Of a stretch of DNA of 64,000 bases, positions 41,087 through 51,016 are shown piece after piece. Under the pieces are notes generated by a model, which was not told the origin of the DNA, did not search any database, and saw nothing but the letters and a program-made list of their open reading frames with translations. Positions within the stretch are counted from its first letter, which is position 1, and the number at the start of each line of letters is the position of its first letter. Position numbers and translations under genes: made by a program. The stretch is from a virus, in the IMG/VR virus record IMGVR_UViG_3300043172_000590, positions 13,827 to 77,826 of that record; one strand, 5' to 3'.

Positions 41087-42265
41087 TTATTGAGCTGGCT
41101 TTCCGAACATTTCGTTGATTCTATCCTCAACGGTTTTCTTCTCTTTACCTCCTACGATTGGCTCCTTTTTGTTTAAACCTACGCCAGCGTTATCATATTC
41201 TTTACGCACCTCATTTTCGGTCTGCGTCTTAATATGAGAACTAAGTGCTGCGAAAATCTTTTCGTAATTATCACCAATCATAGTTTTCAATAAATCTTCC
41301 TGGATATCCTTCTGTCCCTGTTCTGTTTGCAAGTCGTAGTATCCATCCATCACATCCTCGATAATACCTTCCTTGTAGTTGCCCTTTGATGCATCCTCTG
41401 CATTAAATTCAAATACAAATCCGTCATACTCCACTTTATTTACACTTGATACAAACTTTTCCGCAGGGGCCGTGAGAGTGTCCCTCTTAGCTTTAATGTC
41501 CTCCATTGAAGCTGTTTTATCTTGGGTTAATTTTTCCAAGATATCATCACCCTCGGCCTTCGGCAGTTCGACATCACCTCCGATTTGAGAAAGCTTTTGT
41601 CGCTCGGAATGAGCCGCATTCTTTATAATATCATTTTCAAGAGGAGTCCTTTCGTACCCCTCGGTCAATATGTCTTCAACATTCAATCCAAGCTGCGACA
41701 GTTTAACTCCCAGTGGGTTAGAGGTGCCGTTTGCAGAACTAAGTTTTGCACTTAATGTCAGCACGTCCATATCGTCCATTTTCGCAACATCAGATCTCAT
41801 TACCTCATTCAATACACCTTCTTTTCCGGAATATGCCACATCTTTCGATAATTGTGCAGCTTTGTATGCTGTCTCGTCAGGGAAATATGACAATACATCA
41901 GATTGTCCTTTGAGTTTTTCGATTAATGCATCGACATGTCCGGCTTTTTCTTGTAATCCCGGCATTCCCTTGTATGCTTCTGCGACAGCAGCGAAATCAT
42001 CAACACTTGCTATCTCTAATCCTGTTGCTTTATTGAAGAATTCTAGGCGTTGTTCTGTAGTGAAGGATTCGTAATCCGCCGGATTAGCTGGATCGGCTGG
42101 ATCGGCTGGATCGGCTGGATTAGCTGGATCGGCTGGATCGGCTGGATCGGCTGGATTAGCTGGATTAGCTGGATCGGCTGGATCGGCTGGATTAGCTGGA
42201 TCGGCTGGTTTTTGTTCTCCTAAAACTGCATCTCTAATTTGCTTGTCGATCTCTTCTGTTGTCAT
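41087..42265 (-). CDS. capsid scaffolding protein
   Basis: acidic protein between portal and MCP; PAD/PAN repeat. Confidence 0.75.
   Translation of the reverse strand: MTTEEIDKQIRDAVLGEQKPADPANPADPADPANPANPADPADPADPANPADPADPADPANPADYESFTTEQRLEFFNKATGLEIASVDDFAAVAEAYKGMPGLQEKAGHVDALIEKLKGQSDVLSYFPDETAYKAAQLSKDVAYSGKEGVLNEVMRSDVAKMDDMDVLTLSAKLSSANGTSNPLGVKLSQLGLNVEDILTEGYERTPLENDIIKNAAHSERQKLSQIGGDVELPKAEGDDILEKLTQDKTASMEDIKAKRDTLTAPAEKFVSSVNKVEYDGFVFEFNAEDASKGNYKEGIIEDVMDGYYDLQTEQGQKDIQEDLLKTMIGDNYEKIFAALSSHIKTQTENEVRKEYDNAGVGLNKKEPIVGGKEKKTVEDRINEMFGKPAQ
42074..42208 (-). repeat. 9-bp tandem repeat x15 encoding (PAD/PAN)15
   Basis: ggatcggct/ggattagct units counted directly. Confidence 0.95.
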
Positions 42266-42280
42266 TGTGTCTGTTTTAAT

Positions 42281-44689
42281 TTATACTTTTATTTGTTCCG
42301 GAGCAGCATTACTCTCTGCAATCTGCTGTCCAGCAACCGCTTTCTGTGCCTTGGGTATGTACGGCCCATTATATTGTATTATATAATCAAATTGAAACTT
42401 CTCTCTTTGCTTCTCTAATTCGAATTCGCCTTTATCTCTCTGTGCCTCTTTTTTAGCTTCTTCAAGCTGTATATTTTGTTGTCCCTGTAATTGTATGAAC
42501 TCTCTCTTGGATGCCTCCGCCTGCTTCTCTTTTTGCCTAAGCATGAATCCTAATATCATGCCTATCCTTCTGAGATTTTGCCTTTGAAGAACCATATCCT
42601 GAATAAATATAGCCTCTGATATAGAGAGCTTAGATTGATCATCGGAGCCCGTAGGCTTTATGCTTACTTGGATGAAGCCCATTATAGCAGCCTTCTCCTC
42701 TGCCAGATCGCTTGCCTTAATGTTTATGCCATATTCTACATTTGATTTATCAGCCTCCAATAAGATTACCATCCGCGTCTCGCCAATAACGTTTTCATAT
42801 GATTTTTTCACGATTTTATCATACTTACACATTGTCCGTATCCTGTACATTATATTTATGGACACGTCTTCTTGGAGCTCAGCTGTAGCTCTGGCAATAC
42901 TGTTTATTATTTCATTAGTGCCTTGCATCGCAGCCTGCATGTTATATTTAGCCACGTTTGGGTCTGGCGTAGCACCGGTAGATACCATATTTATACCGGA
43001 TGTTTTTTCGATATTAACTATAGCCTTATCCATGAGATCCAGCTGTACCTTAATATTATTGGACGTACTGTTGGATATTGGTATTATAGGCGGGGCAATA
43101 CTTCTTGCCGCTCCCGATAATGGATTCGTCGTCCTCTTGTAGAATAGTACCGTGGATTGCCGGTAATATTCCAGTATCTTCATCGGATCCCAACTCTTGT
43201 CTTTGCCTATAGAGATATTCTTAAGGCTTCCTATATCAACCGCAAAACCATCGCCCACTGCCAATGACATAAAATGTTGTGCTTTCAGCCATGCTCTTTG
43301 GAAATCGTCAACAAATGGCTTTATTTGCGATAGTATTGGTGTGGTAGACAGACGGATTGCCCTATAGCTTAATCTTGGTTTCTTGGTGGAGTTGCGGGGC
43401 ATGTAATCTACTTTACCCATGCCGAATGTATATTCAGTGCCAATTAGCCAGCTGCTCTTCCGGGCATATCGTATCTGGTACTCCTTTAGCTTTTCATTAT
43501 CTTGTAATTCCTCATCTGTGTATTTTTTGTTTACAGTCCGATTATTTGCCGAAACTTCTATATGTTTTTCATTGTCGATATCAATCCATTCATAATCCAA
43601 TACCGGCACTTTGTAGAAGTCATAGCCATAATATGTTTGTCCATACTCTTCATAAGAATATGAATAATCCTCCCAATTCGTCAAGCCAGGGTTTCCCCAT
43701 TCTCCGGAATAAGATCTTGCCAGTGCGCTTGCATCTTCATGGCTTAGATTTAATTTTTGTCGTATCTGAGATATCTCTACCCATCGTATAGTATACGCAT
43801 ATTCTGAGTCTTGATATGACTTGGTATTAGATAACTGTATTCCTGAGTATTTGAGGTCGCAATAATCAACCACAACCCTTTTAAGTTCCCTATCGTATCT
43901 TTCGCGAATTATAGCATAACCTTGCGCAAATAAGTCATCATGGATTCTTTCGGCAATCTCTTTATCCCAACTCGATACATTGAAAGTATGTTTGAGTAAA
44001 TCTTCCATGCTTATCGTATAAGGGACTTTAAATCCTCCCGATGCTGCATATAGCTCCAATTCATTGAGATTTTCAGGAATAAACTCGGGTGCATCCCGTT
44101 TTATCCCGGCCATTGCCTCCTGTTGGTCAATCCATTCCTTGTTTTTAGAGTAAAAATATGCCTTATATTTATTTTGCTCTTGGGTTCTTACGCTAAATGA
44201 GTCTATTGCATCGACAGACATTTCAGTGTACATCGAACGTATCTTCTCGTTTATTCCAGTCTTTATTTTAGGAACAACACTTACTGGTCGAAAATCTATG
44301 TTTACCCAAGCTTTTCTGCCCTTGGTCCCCCTTGCTTCTGTTGCCCCAAGATCATTGCTATCTGAATCAAACCTGCTTGCGGCATCTCCCGTATTGGTTT
44401 CTCCACCCCCGAACATCCAATCCTTGAATTTATCCATGGGATGCATCCCGTTTGCATATGCCCTATTAGTGTCAATTTGACTATAAATACTGCTATCAAT
44501 CCATGTTTTCCCAGTCGATACAAGATTGTATATCTTCTCTCCCCACATCTTATTGTACTCTACGGTATTTTTATCCGCAGGATTTATATTCCAGTCAGGA
44601 TAGTTGTACCTCCCTTTTTTGTAAGACTCGGGTTTCTTAAACTTAAAAGTCTTGGATGGCTCTATTTTATGTCTGTTTATTTTACCCAT
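42281..44689 (-). CDS. portal protein
   Basis: 802 aa immediately after TerL; W.NID.RPV..VPK motif. Confidence 0.85.
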   Translation of the reverse strand: MGKINRHKIEPSKTFKFKKPESYKKGRYNYPDWNINPADKNTVEYNKMWGEKIYNLVSTGKTWIDSSIYSQIDTNRAYANGMHPMDKFKDWMFGGGETNTGDAASRFDSDSNDLGATEARGTKGRKAWVNIDFRPVSVVPKIKTGINEKIRSMYTEMSVDAIDSFSVRTQEQNKYKAYFYSKNKEWIDQQEAMAGIKRDAPEFIPENLNELELYAASGGFKVPYTISMEDLLKHTFNVSSWDKEIAERIHDDLFAQGYAIIRERYDRELKRVVVDYCDLKYSGIQLSNTKSYQDSEYAYTIRWVEISQIRQKLNLSHEDASALARSYSGEWGNPGLTNWEDYSYSYEEYGQTYYGYDFYKVPVLDYEWIDIDNEKHIEVSANNRTVNKKYTDEELQDNEKLKEYQIRYARKSSWLIGTEYTFGMGKVDYMPRNSTKKPRLSYRAIRLSTTPILSQIKPFVDDFQRAWLKAQHFMSLAVGDGFAVDIGSLKNISIGKDKSWDPMKILEYYRQSTVLFYKRTTNPLSGAARSIAPPIIPISNSTSNNIKVQLDLMDKAIVNIEKTSGINMVSTGATPDPNVAKYNMQAAMQGTNEIINSIARATAELQEDVSINIMYRIRTMCKYDKIVKKSYENVIGETRMVILLEADKSNVEYGINIKASDLAEEKAAIMGFIQVSIKPTGSDDQSKLSISEAIFIQDMVLQRQNLRRIGMILGFMLRQKEKQAEASKREFIQLQGQQNIQLEEAKKEAQRDKGEFELEKQREKFQFDYIIQYNGPYIPKAQKAVAGQQIAESNAAPEQIKV

Positions 44690-44697
44690 CTATATAG

Positions 44698-47049
44698 TTA
44701 ACATCTGTACGACCTTGGGTTTATACTCTCCATCTCCTCTTTCTCTTCCATGCCTAACGATAATAATTTATAGTAAGCACTCTGTTCGCCTATTAATGCC
44801 TGTATCCATGATGCAAGGCCATCGAATTTAGTAAGTTCTTCCATTGACGATATCTGGTCTGCCTCTATCAAGAGCTCAGGTATATCCTCTATTGTAGAAT
44901 GGAACTTGATTTGATTAGCCAAAAGCAGGAATCCATCTTTTTTGTTCTGCATACCCAATGAGGTCCCAGGCTTCGATGCCCTTTTTATTGTACCGTCAGG
45001 CATAACCGTAGTTGTATAATTCAGGTAACCGGTAAATTTCTTTTCAACAATCCGTTCCCATACCGCTGTAATATTTTGCTCTAAATTAATTAGTCCTCCC
45101 CAGTATATGCCAGCTTTGATTGCCTCCATTGCAACTTCATCGCTTGTCCCAAACCTATGCCTGCAGAATGCCACGGCTTTAGGAGTAATCCATTTCCGCT
45201 TATCTTCTGCGATATCAATAATTGGATTATGCATTCTTTTTACTGTAATCCCTGTGTCAGAAGTCCTTGTACCTTTCTTTTGTAGATATCTTGACTCGCC
45301 TTGGTTATTGAATTGGGTAGGATCGACACCTATCATATATTTTATATTCATAGGTCGATAAACAGTTTCGTCATCTTCCATGAATGCAGAGTATGCTTCC
45401 ATAGTAGAGACCTGATTAGCCTCACCTTTGGCTGGTTTTTCGCTAACAATCCATGGCCCATTAGGGTCTTCTATAAAAGTTACTGATAAACTCCCTTGGT
45501 CAACAAACATCAGCCTGCCTTTTCTTGCGACCGGCTTATCTTCCAGTTCGAATAACCTTTCTCTCAGCAATTCATTGTCAAATCCAAGCTGCCCTGCTAC
45601 ACCTGTCCAGCAATCCTTACAGTCCTGTGGGAACTTGCGGACAAATGAACGATATTCATCCATCATAGCAGGATCGTCTTCGTTGTGCAAATCCACTCTT
45701 TTATTTTCTATGAACGTATTGGAGCCAATCCGTTTGATGGGCATATCGTGCTTTTTGGATAGCATTATCTGCCTTTCATTTGGCATGTCAATTATCGCTT
45801 CCCCAAAAACATCAATGTACCCTTCCATGCAGTAGTCGCTCCTATGATAACATAAAGCCAGCCCTGAGGCGGTTTGTCCATCTTTCTTCCTCTTGTAGAA
45901 GTTGGACATGTCACATAAATCCTTATAGTCCTGTCCTCCTTCTTCCATTTTTTCTACAGTTGATGGATGATCGCAATAACCAACCACCTCTGATCCTCCT
46001 CCCAGAGACATTGTTTCTTTATTTATCTGCCAACGGTTTTGTACGTTACCGGTCCTTTTCCCTTTCCCCTGTTCGTCAAATCCAGCACCAATCAGCATTT
46101 TTCCATCATTCGCCTTGTCGTCTCCCGATTCAGTATACGACAATACCGTATCTAATGTTTGCACATCGGCTATTCCATTTGATGTAAATTCAAGAGATTT
46201 CATCTTTCCGAAACCTCCAAGCCATACAGGCCTGGTCCATAATGGCCATGCTCTCCACGCAGGCATTAATTTTTGCTTAAAATGTGTCTCTGCATTATCT
46301 CCGTCCATGGAAACAATCGTACACAATTTATCTGCCCCTCTTTGCGATGCAGCTATACGGGTGATGATATGGCAAAATTCATTTGTCAATCCCTCTCTCC
46401 TTCCTTTGGGAAGTGCTGTGCCAAGCAGCAGTTTGTATCCCACATCAACCATCCGATAAGCCATTTTACCATCAATATCAATCTTTTCCGCCAACCCTGT
46501 TTCTGGATCTGTATCTACAAATGTTTCCGTACATGTGTTTATATAATGCCTGAAAAGAAACCTTTCTTTGCTTTTTTTTCTGAACTCAGGGAATATATAT
46601 CCCTTTTTGGTGGTCATTCGATGTAGGTTCAGATAACTGAAATACCAGGGAGGAAGCCATGTCGGTTTTCCGTCGTTAAAAAACCAATAGCCATGGTGCA
46701 TATAATATACAAACTTGCGTATAAATTCAATCTCTTCTGTGTAGTTTTCTTGGTTTTTCTCAAGCGTTGACCAGAATTTCTTAAGTGTAGCGTTACCATT
46801 TACTCCCCGGTTTTTATTTCCGAACTCTGTAATAATACTTCTCTCTAACTCTCTCAGTCTTAATGGATTTTCGAGTCTTTTAAATATTTGGTCGTCAGGG
46901 TGTTCCCCCCATCCGCCAATCAGGTGTAGTGGTGGAGGTTTTGGCAGCGATATCCTAATAGGCCTCAGTTTCTCCGAGCCCCAGTTGACCAAAAAGCTTG
47001 TGTCTGCCTCTTGGTACAGATGGCTATATCTACACTCCTGGTTATTCAT
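44698..47049 (-). CDS. terL: terminase large subunit
   Basis: PKGRREG (Walker A-like), GFDEQGK (Walker B), IGVDP nuclease motif. Confidence 0.9.
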   Translation of the reverse strand: MNNQECRYSHLYQEADTSFLVNWGSEKLRPIRISLPKPPPLHLIGGWGEHPDDQIFKRLENPLRLRELERSIITEFGNKNRGVNGNATLKKFWSTLEKNQENYTEEIEFIRKFVYYMHHGYWFFNDGKPTWLPPWYFSYLNLHRMTTKKGYIFPEFRKKSKERFLFRHYINTCTETFVDTDPETGLAEKIDIDGKMAYRMVDVGYKLLLGTALPKGRREGLTNEFCHIITRIAASQRGADKLCTIVSMDGDNAETHFKQKLMPAWRAWPLWTRPVWLGGFGKMKSLEFTSNGIADVQTLDTVLSYTESGDDKANDGKMLIGAGFDEQGKGKRTGNVQNRWQINKETMSLGGGSEVVGYCDHPSTVEKMEEGGQDYKDLCDMSNFYKRKKDGQTASGLALCYHRSDYCMEGYIDVFGEAIIDMPNERQIMLSKKHDMPIKRIGSNTFIENKRVDLHNEDDPAMMDEYRSFVRKFPQDCKDCWTGVAGQLGFDNELLRERLFELEDKPVARKGRLMFVDQGSLSVTFIEDPNGPWIVSEKPAKGEANQVSTMEAYSAFMEDDETVYRPMNIKYMIGVDPTQFNNQGESRYLQKKGTRTSDTGITVKRMHNPIIDIAEDKRKWITPKAVAFCRHRFGTSDEVAMEAIKAGIYWGGLINLEQNITAVWERIVEKKFTGYLNYTTTVMPDGTIKRASKPGTSLGMQNKKDGFLLLANQIKFHSTIEDIPELLIEADQISSMEELTKFDGLASWIQALIGEQSAYYKLLSLGMEEKEEMESINPRSYRC

Positions 47050-47728
47050 CTCCTACAAATCGTAATTTATCCTCTGTATAATCTTTGCCATATGGCGGAC
47101 TGTCAACTAATTTTTCGCCCCTTTCCATTCTGTCCACAAGATTTTCGGGCCTTAAATCTGATATTTTCCTGTGGGCCTCTTCGTACAGTGCTATCCTGAG
47201 CGCCCTAACATCGTCGCCTTCGAATATTGTTTTTTCAAGCTCTTGTATCTTCTCGCTCCATTTTTCAATATTAGATGAAGCTTTCTCCGCATTACTGGGA
47301 GAATCAAAGCCTGAATTTATCAACTCCATTGATTGCCCGAGTTTCGCTTCGTTGTACATTGCGTACATATTGAAGTCATTGTCGTGCAATAAGGATAGAT
47401 ATCGTACTATCAGCTTGTTTGTAAGATGTCTTTTACCTAGTATTATAGCTTCTGCATCATCGGTATATCTTTCTCCGTCTCTGGGAAACGCTGCTAATAT
47501 TGCCGCCTCTCTCTTCTTCTTCATCCATTGGCTTCGAAATGTCATCACCAAAGGGGATTCCCTGTCGTAGCAGGAGACAATAAACTTAATAATTGAAATA
47601 ATTGGCACTTTAATTGATGCTCTTATTTCTCCTATAAGCTCATCAAGATTAGGATGCAGGGACACGAAAGCGTCCTCCACATCCTTTTCAGAGAGATCTA
47701 TATTTACTAGACATCTTTTATAATCCAT
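47042..47728 (-). CDS. putative terminase small subunit
   Basis: helical 228-aa gene overlapping the TerL start. Confidence 0.55.
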   Translation of the reverse strand: MDYKRCLVNIDLSEKDVEDAFVSLHPNLDELIGEIRASIKVPIISIIKFIVSCYDRESPLVMTFRSQWMKKKREAAILAAFPRDGERYTDDAEAIILGKRHLTNKLIVRYLSLLHDNDFNMYAMYNEAKLGQSMELINSGFDSPSNAEKASSNIEKWSEKIQELEKTIFEGDDVRALRIALYEEAHRKISDLRPENLVDRMERGEKLVDSPPYGKDYTEDKLRFVGDE

Positions 47729-47735
47729 GTCAATA

Positions 47736-48149
47736 TTATGGTGCCAGTGTAGCTAAATCACTATCAACAAAAACAGTTTTGTTCCCAAATGCACCCTCAA
47801 TATAATTAACGATGACCCCCGCAGTTTTAACGCTATTGACCATAGCAAAACTGTCTTCCATCACCTTATTGTACTTGTCCTGTAGCGTTAGGGTAGATGT
47901 TGTTCCATCCAAAAGGTTAAATACTGGTAAATCAATTGTGGCACCAGATACCAGTGCGTCAATAGTCGCTTTATCATCAGTGACAATAAGCGTATCGGCA
48001 GCATCTCTTCTGTCGAAAGATTCGCCATAAACTATTTCTGCAACACCACCTGCATCTCTTGTTGTTACTATTTTTTCGGGGTCAATCGCCTGTACTACTG
48101 ACGTTGGTAGGGTTAAACCGTTTCTCGTGGTTATAGTTACTTGTTTCAT
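47736..48149 (-). CDS. probable virion protein (start corrected to ATG 48149)
   Basis: MKQVTITTRNG...; the upstream extension spans the divergent promoter region. Confidence 0.6.
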   Translation of the reverse strand: MKQVTITTRNGLTLPTSVVQAIDPEKIVTTRDAGGVAEIVYGESFDRRDAADTLIVTDDKATIDALVSGATIDLPVFNLLDGTTSTLTLQDKYNKVMEDSFAMVNSVKTAGVIVNYIEGAFGNKTVFVDSDLATLAP

Positions 48150-48189
48150 AACTCGTGTGCTTTTATTTAGTCTAAATAATAATAACGTT

Positions 48190-48253
48190 ACACACAAAGT
48201 AAGATTATACAAACTTAAATTCCAAGCACTTTGGGAAATATTGCATATCTTTG
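48190..48253. promoter_or_regulatory. divergent promoter region (late operon leftward, small genes rightward)
   Basis: TATCTTTG on + (48246-48253); TTGG-N20-TACTTTG on -. Confidence 0.45.
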
Positions 48254-48274
48254 GATATAAAAACAATTTCAGAT

Positions 48275-48541
48275 ATGCCACAAGCAGGACTAAGAAGGAC
48301 CGCCAGATATTATAGGTCACACCCTCTGGCAAGAAAAAAGAAAAAGGAATACGATACTAAGTATCATAGATCTCCTGAGCGAAGGAAATACAGATCTAGG
48401 CTTGGATCTATGAGAGCTAAAAGAGGATTGAAAGGTGATGGTCGGGACTTGTCTCACAATAAAGATGGGAGCGTGTCACTAGAAAACAAATCCACTAATA
48501 GGGCAAGAAATGGAGCAAATGGAAGAAGTTCGAGGAAATAA
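48275..48541 (+). CDS. very basic protein with a degenerate HNH-like C-terminus
   Basis: GDGRDLSH.......E..S.NRARNG; lies next to the packaging genes. Confidence 0.6.
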   Translation: MPQAGLRRTARYYRSHPLARKKKKEYDTKYHRSPERRKYRSRLGSMRAKRGLKGDGRDLSHNKDGSVSLENKSTNRARNGANGRSSRK

Positions 48542-48716
48542 AAACCCTTGCGACGGGAAAGATGTGTCGTGGATTGCTCTTGATGAAATCGCGATGGGAT
48601 TTCGGAGGACAAAGGCAAGGTGGATGATTGAAAACGAAACAAGACTTGATGGTGCTGCGGTAATGGAGGGTTTAAGTATTTCTTCCGAGGACATTGAGGC
48701 ACTCGAGAATATCTAG
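48510..48716 (+). CDS. hypothetical protein
   Basis: 68-aa ORF before the terminator. Confidence 0.45.
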   Translation: MEQMEEVRGNKNPCDGKDVSWIALDEIAMGFRRTKARWMIENETRLDGAAVMEGLSISSEDIEALENI

Positions 48717-48748
48717 CCTATCGTGCCACACGTAGGACGGAAAGGTTT

Positions 48749-48791
48749 CAAAGCCCGATAAGACATGATTCTTACCGGGCTTTGCGTTTTT
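48749..48791. terminator. terminator at the convergence point
   Basis: CAAAGCCCG.TAAGA...TCTTA.CGGGCTTTG followed by TTTTT. Confidence 0.7.
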
Positions 48792-48806
48792 AGTGATACT
48801 AATACG

Positions 48807-49427
48807 CTACAACTCTAATCCGTCAGCAGTCGGTTCTATTTTTGTGTTTTCAGGATTGTAGCTTTCTGGATAAGGATTAGGCTCGTTAAGCCTCTTTAGA
48901 TCCATTCCGAGCCACATGATAGATTCCTGTAGTTTAGTTATAGCTAAACTGCGCGCTCTTGACGAGGGGCATTTTTTGATGTTTTGTAATTGGTCATCAA
49001 GGCCTTGTCTTAATAATTTATTTGCCTTGACATCTTTCTCCATGTGCTGGCCCGCAACCATATCCATATTGAAATCAAACAAACTGCGCACATCTAATGC
49101 CCTAACGATAGATATAAACAATGCGTCTTTCGCTTGCTGCTCTTTTGGTAAGTCTTCGTAAGGAACAATACATGGGTGTTCTTGTTTGACCGGATCTTTA
49201 ACCTCTCCGCAAACCCAGCCATTAGCAATCTTTTCTTTCATCCAGTTATTGTGGCTGTCGCAAGATTTGGAATTGGGGTTTTGAAGATGAAACTTAACAC
49301 CATTAATGGCGCTTTCCTTTTGCCATTCAGGGGCATCCTCCCATGAAGACTGGGTGTCATCTCCAATACTTTGACAATACGCCCTGTTTACTTCATGGCA
49401 CACTTTAGCAATCTGCAATACATTCAT
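48807..49427 (-). CDS. RyR-domain plus Acb2/Tad1-like hairpin domain fusion (putative anti-defence protein)
   Basis: HNNWM.EK...GW..G.VKD...K.HPCIVPYEDLP.EQQAKD; SRARSLAITKLQESIMWLGMDL. Confidence 0.75.
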   Translation of the reverse strand: MNVLQIAKVCHEVNRAYCQSIGDDTQSSWEDAPEWQKESAINGVKFHLQNPNSKSCDSHNNWMKEKIANGWVCGEVKDPVKQEHPCIVPYEDLPKEQQAKDALFISIVRALDVRSLFDFNMDMVAGQHMEKDVKANKLLRQGLDDQLQNIKKCPSSRARSLAITKLQESIMWLGMDLKRLNEPNPYPESYNPENTKIEPTADGLEL

Positions 49428-49446
49428 TTTAATTTGTTTTAAATTA

Positions 49447-49887
49447 TTAATAAGCCTGCCCTTTATCGGGCAAGTCTTCTGGTTTTACATATACCGGAAC
49501 CGGCTCCTCCCATGAGTTGTGCCCGTTCCTAAAACAATTCATATATTTTCCTGCGAGATAAACCGTTTCAAGTCCAACCTCGGTTTTCTTTATATTTAAC
49601 TCTCCATGGACTATCGCAGTATCCTTGACTGCTACCCGCTTATTGTCGATACCTTCTCTTAGTATCTTCTTTGCCTCTCCTTGAAAATAGATGGTAAAAA
49701 TGTCATCGCTCTCCGGCCCTGTTCTATCTCTCGTGTAATCAATCAGCCTCAACCTTACTTCGATGTATGACGCCGTAACTGTCACCTCATCTATTTTTCC
49801 CACAAGCATGAAACTTCTGTCCGGATTTATTGCCGGAGCAGGATTTAGCATACTATATGCTGCGTGGGTCCTTGGCTTCTTAGGCAT
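49447..49887 (-). CDS. OB-fold/SSB-like protein
   Basis: FMLVGKI...IFTIYFQG.A.......V.V.D.AIVHGEL pattern. Confidence 0.5.
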   Translation of the reverse strand: MPKKPRTHAAYSMLNPAPAINPDRSFMLVGKIDEVTVTASYIEVRLRLIDYTRDRTGPESDDIFTIYFQGEAKKILREGIDNKRVAVKDTAIVHGELNIKKTEVGLETVYLAGKYMNCFRNGHNSWEEPVPVYVKPEDLPDKGQAY

Positions 49888-50271
49888 TTTGGAGTATTCC
49901 GCCCTTCTCTAATAACGATTCAACCAGATTCCAATCAACATAGGGTTTCCCCTCCTTTTGGTGTATTAAAGGAATGCCCAGTGCCGCATCATCTATATAC
50001 ATCTCTGCATAGCACTTATTGGAGCTTGTCCAATGTTCTTGCCCAATATCTTTCTGGATTGAATACAAGGCAATGTTATTCTCCTTAAACCAATTAACAG
50101 CATCGGTCAATACGTTTCCGAGTTTTTGTCCATCGCTCCGCATTGTGTATAAAATAAGCTTATGCCTTGTTTTGTCAATTTTCTCAATACAGGGATTGCT
50201 CCTATGTCTGCGCCAACTTTTGGGAATTCATGTTTTACACAAGTTCCATCAAAATCAATTGCTATCTTCAT
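49880..50271 (-). pseudogene. HAD-superfamily phosphatase split by a 1-nt frameshift near 50165
   Basis: MKIAIDFDGTCV.HEFP from ATG 50271; LYTMRSD...K.YA.MYIDD in another frame; the two ATGs are 128 nt apart. Confidence 0.8.
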
Positions 50272-51013
50272 TTTTAGTATTTTTATCTGTTGCCACTATT
50301 TGTTTGAACAATTCTAAATTCCACTTGGCATCAGCGAGAGCATTGTGCTCATTCTCTGGATCTGGACAAAACTTCCTCTTCCATTCGCTACTAAGGCCAC
50401 GCTCCTGCATCATCTGCTTCAAATCCATGCAGTAGTATGGAAATCCTTTTGGTAAGTCAATCATTAATCCAAACAACCAACAAAAAACTGTCCAATCATA
50501 ATCCGCAAAATAGCCATAAAATTCTATTGGTTTAGATACTGTAACATTGAACGGAGCCGTCAATGAATCCTTTAACTCAGTAGCAATCCTCTTGTTTGAC
50601 TTGCCGTACTTTTTGATGAGCCTTTTTAATGATTTATAGCAAAATAACTCAGGTTTAACATTAGTTATACTGCAGCATATCTGCGAGGCTTTGTATTTGT
50701 GTCCTATCTCTTTTTTTCTTAATTCCGCATATATAGGCTTCAATACATTCTCTCTGATCCAATAATTTTTAATATATTCCGGCCCAGATGGATAATTCTT
50801 ATTGACATCCTTCTGATAACGATTCCATGCCTCCTTTAGGTTGAAATCTTTTGAAATGGCATAATATTCTCTACCTTCTCCATTCACGATGCCAATGGAA
50901 ATTAAATCAATCGTTGGCTTTGTTTTCCCATAAGGAATTCCGAAAAATCTCTTGGTTTGACATCCTTCTGCAAATTCCGTATCCAGGAAGTACCTATTTT
51001 TCATATCATACAT
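50255..51013 (-). CDS. DEDDh 3'-5' exo(ribo)nuclease (Rv2179c-like)
   Basis: FLDTEF, LISIGIV, YDW, HNALADAKW. Confidence 0.85.
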   Translation of the reverse strand: MYDMKNRYFLDTEFAEGCQTKRFFGIPYGKTKPTIDLISIGIVNGEGREYYAISKDFNLKEAWNRYQKDVNKNYPSGPEYIKNYWIRENVLKPIYAELRKKEIGHKYKASQICCSITNVKPELFCYKSLKRLIKKYGKSNKRIATELKDSLTAPFNVTVSKPIEFYGYFADYDWTVFCWLFGLMIDLPKGFPYYCMDLKQMMQERGLSSEWKRKFCPDPENEHNALADAKWNLELFKQIVATDKNTKNEDSN

Positions 51014-51016
51014 TTT

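Noticed and set aside
48150-48332. N-terminal extension of ORF 47736-48332 (and of 19625-21367)
   Set aside because: The extensions overlap a divergent gene and promoter region, or the upstream CDS; internal ATGs at 48149 and 21274 fit better
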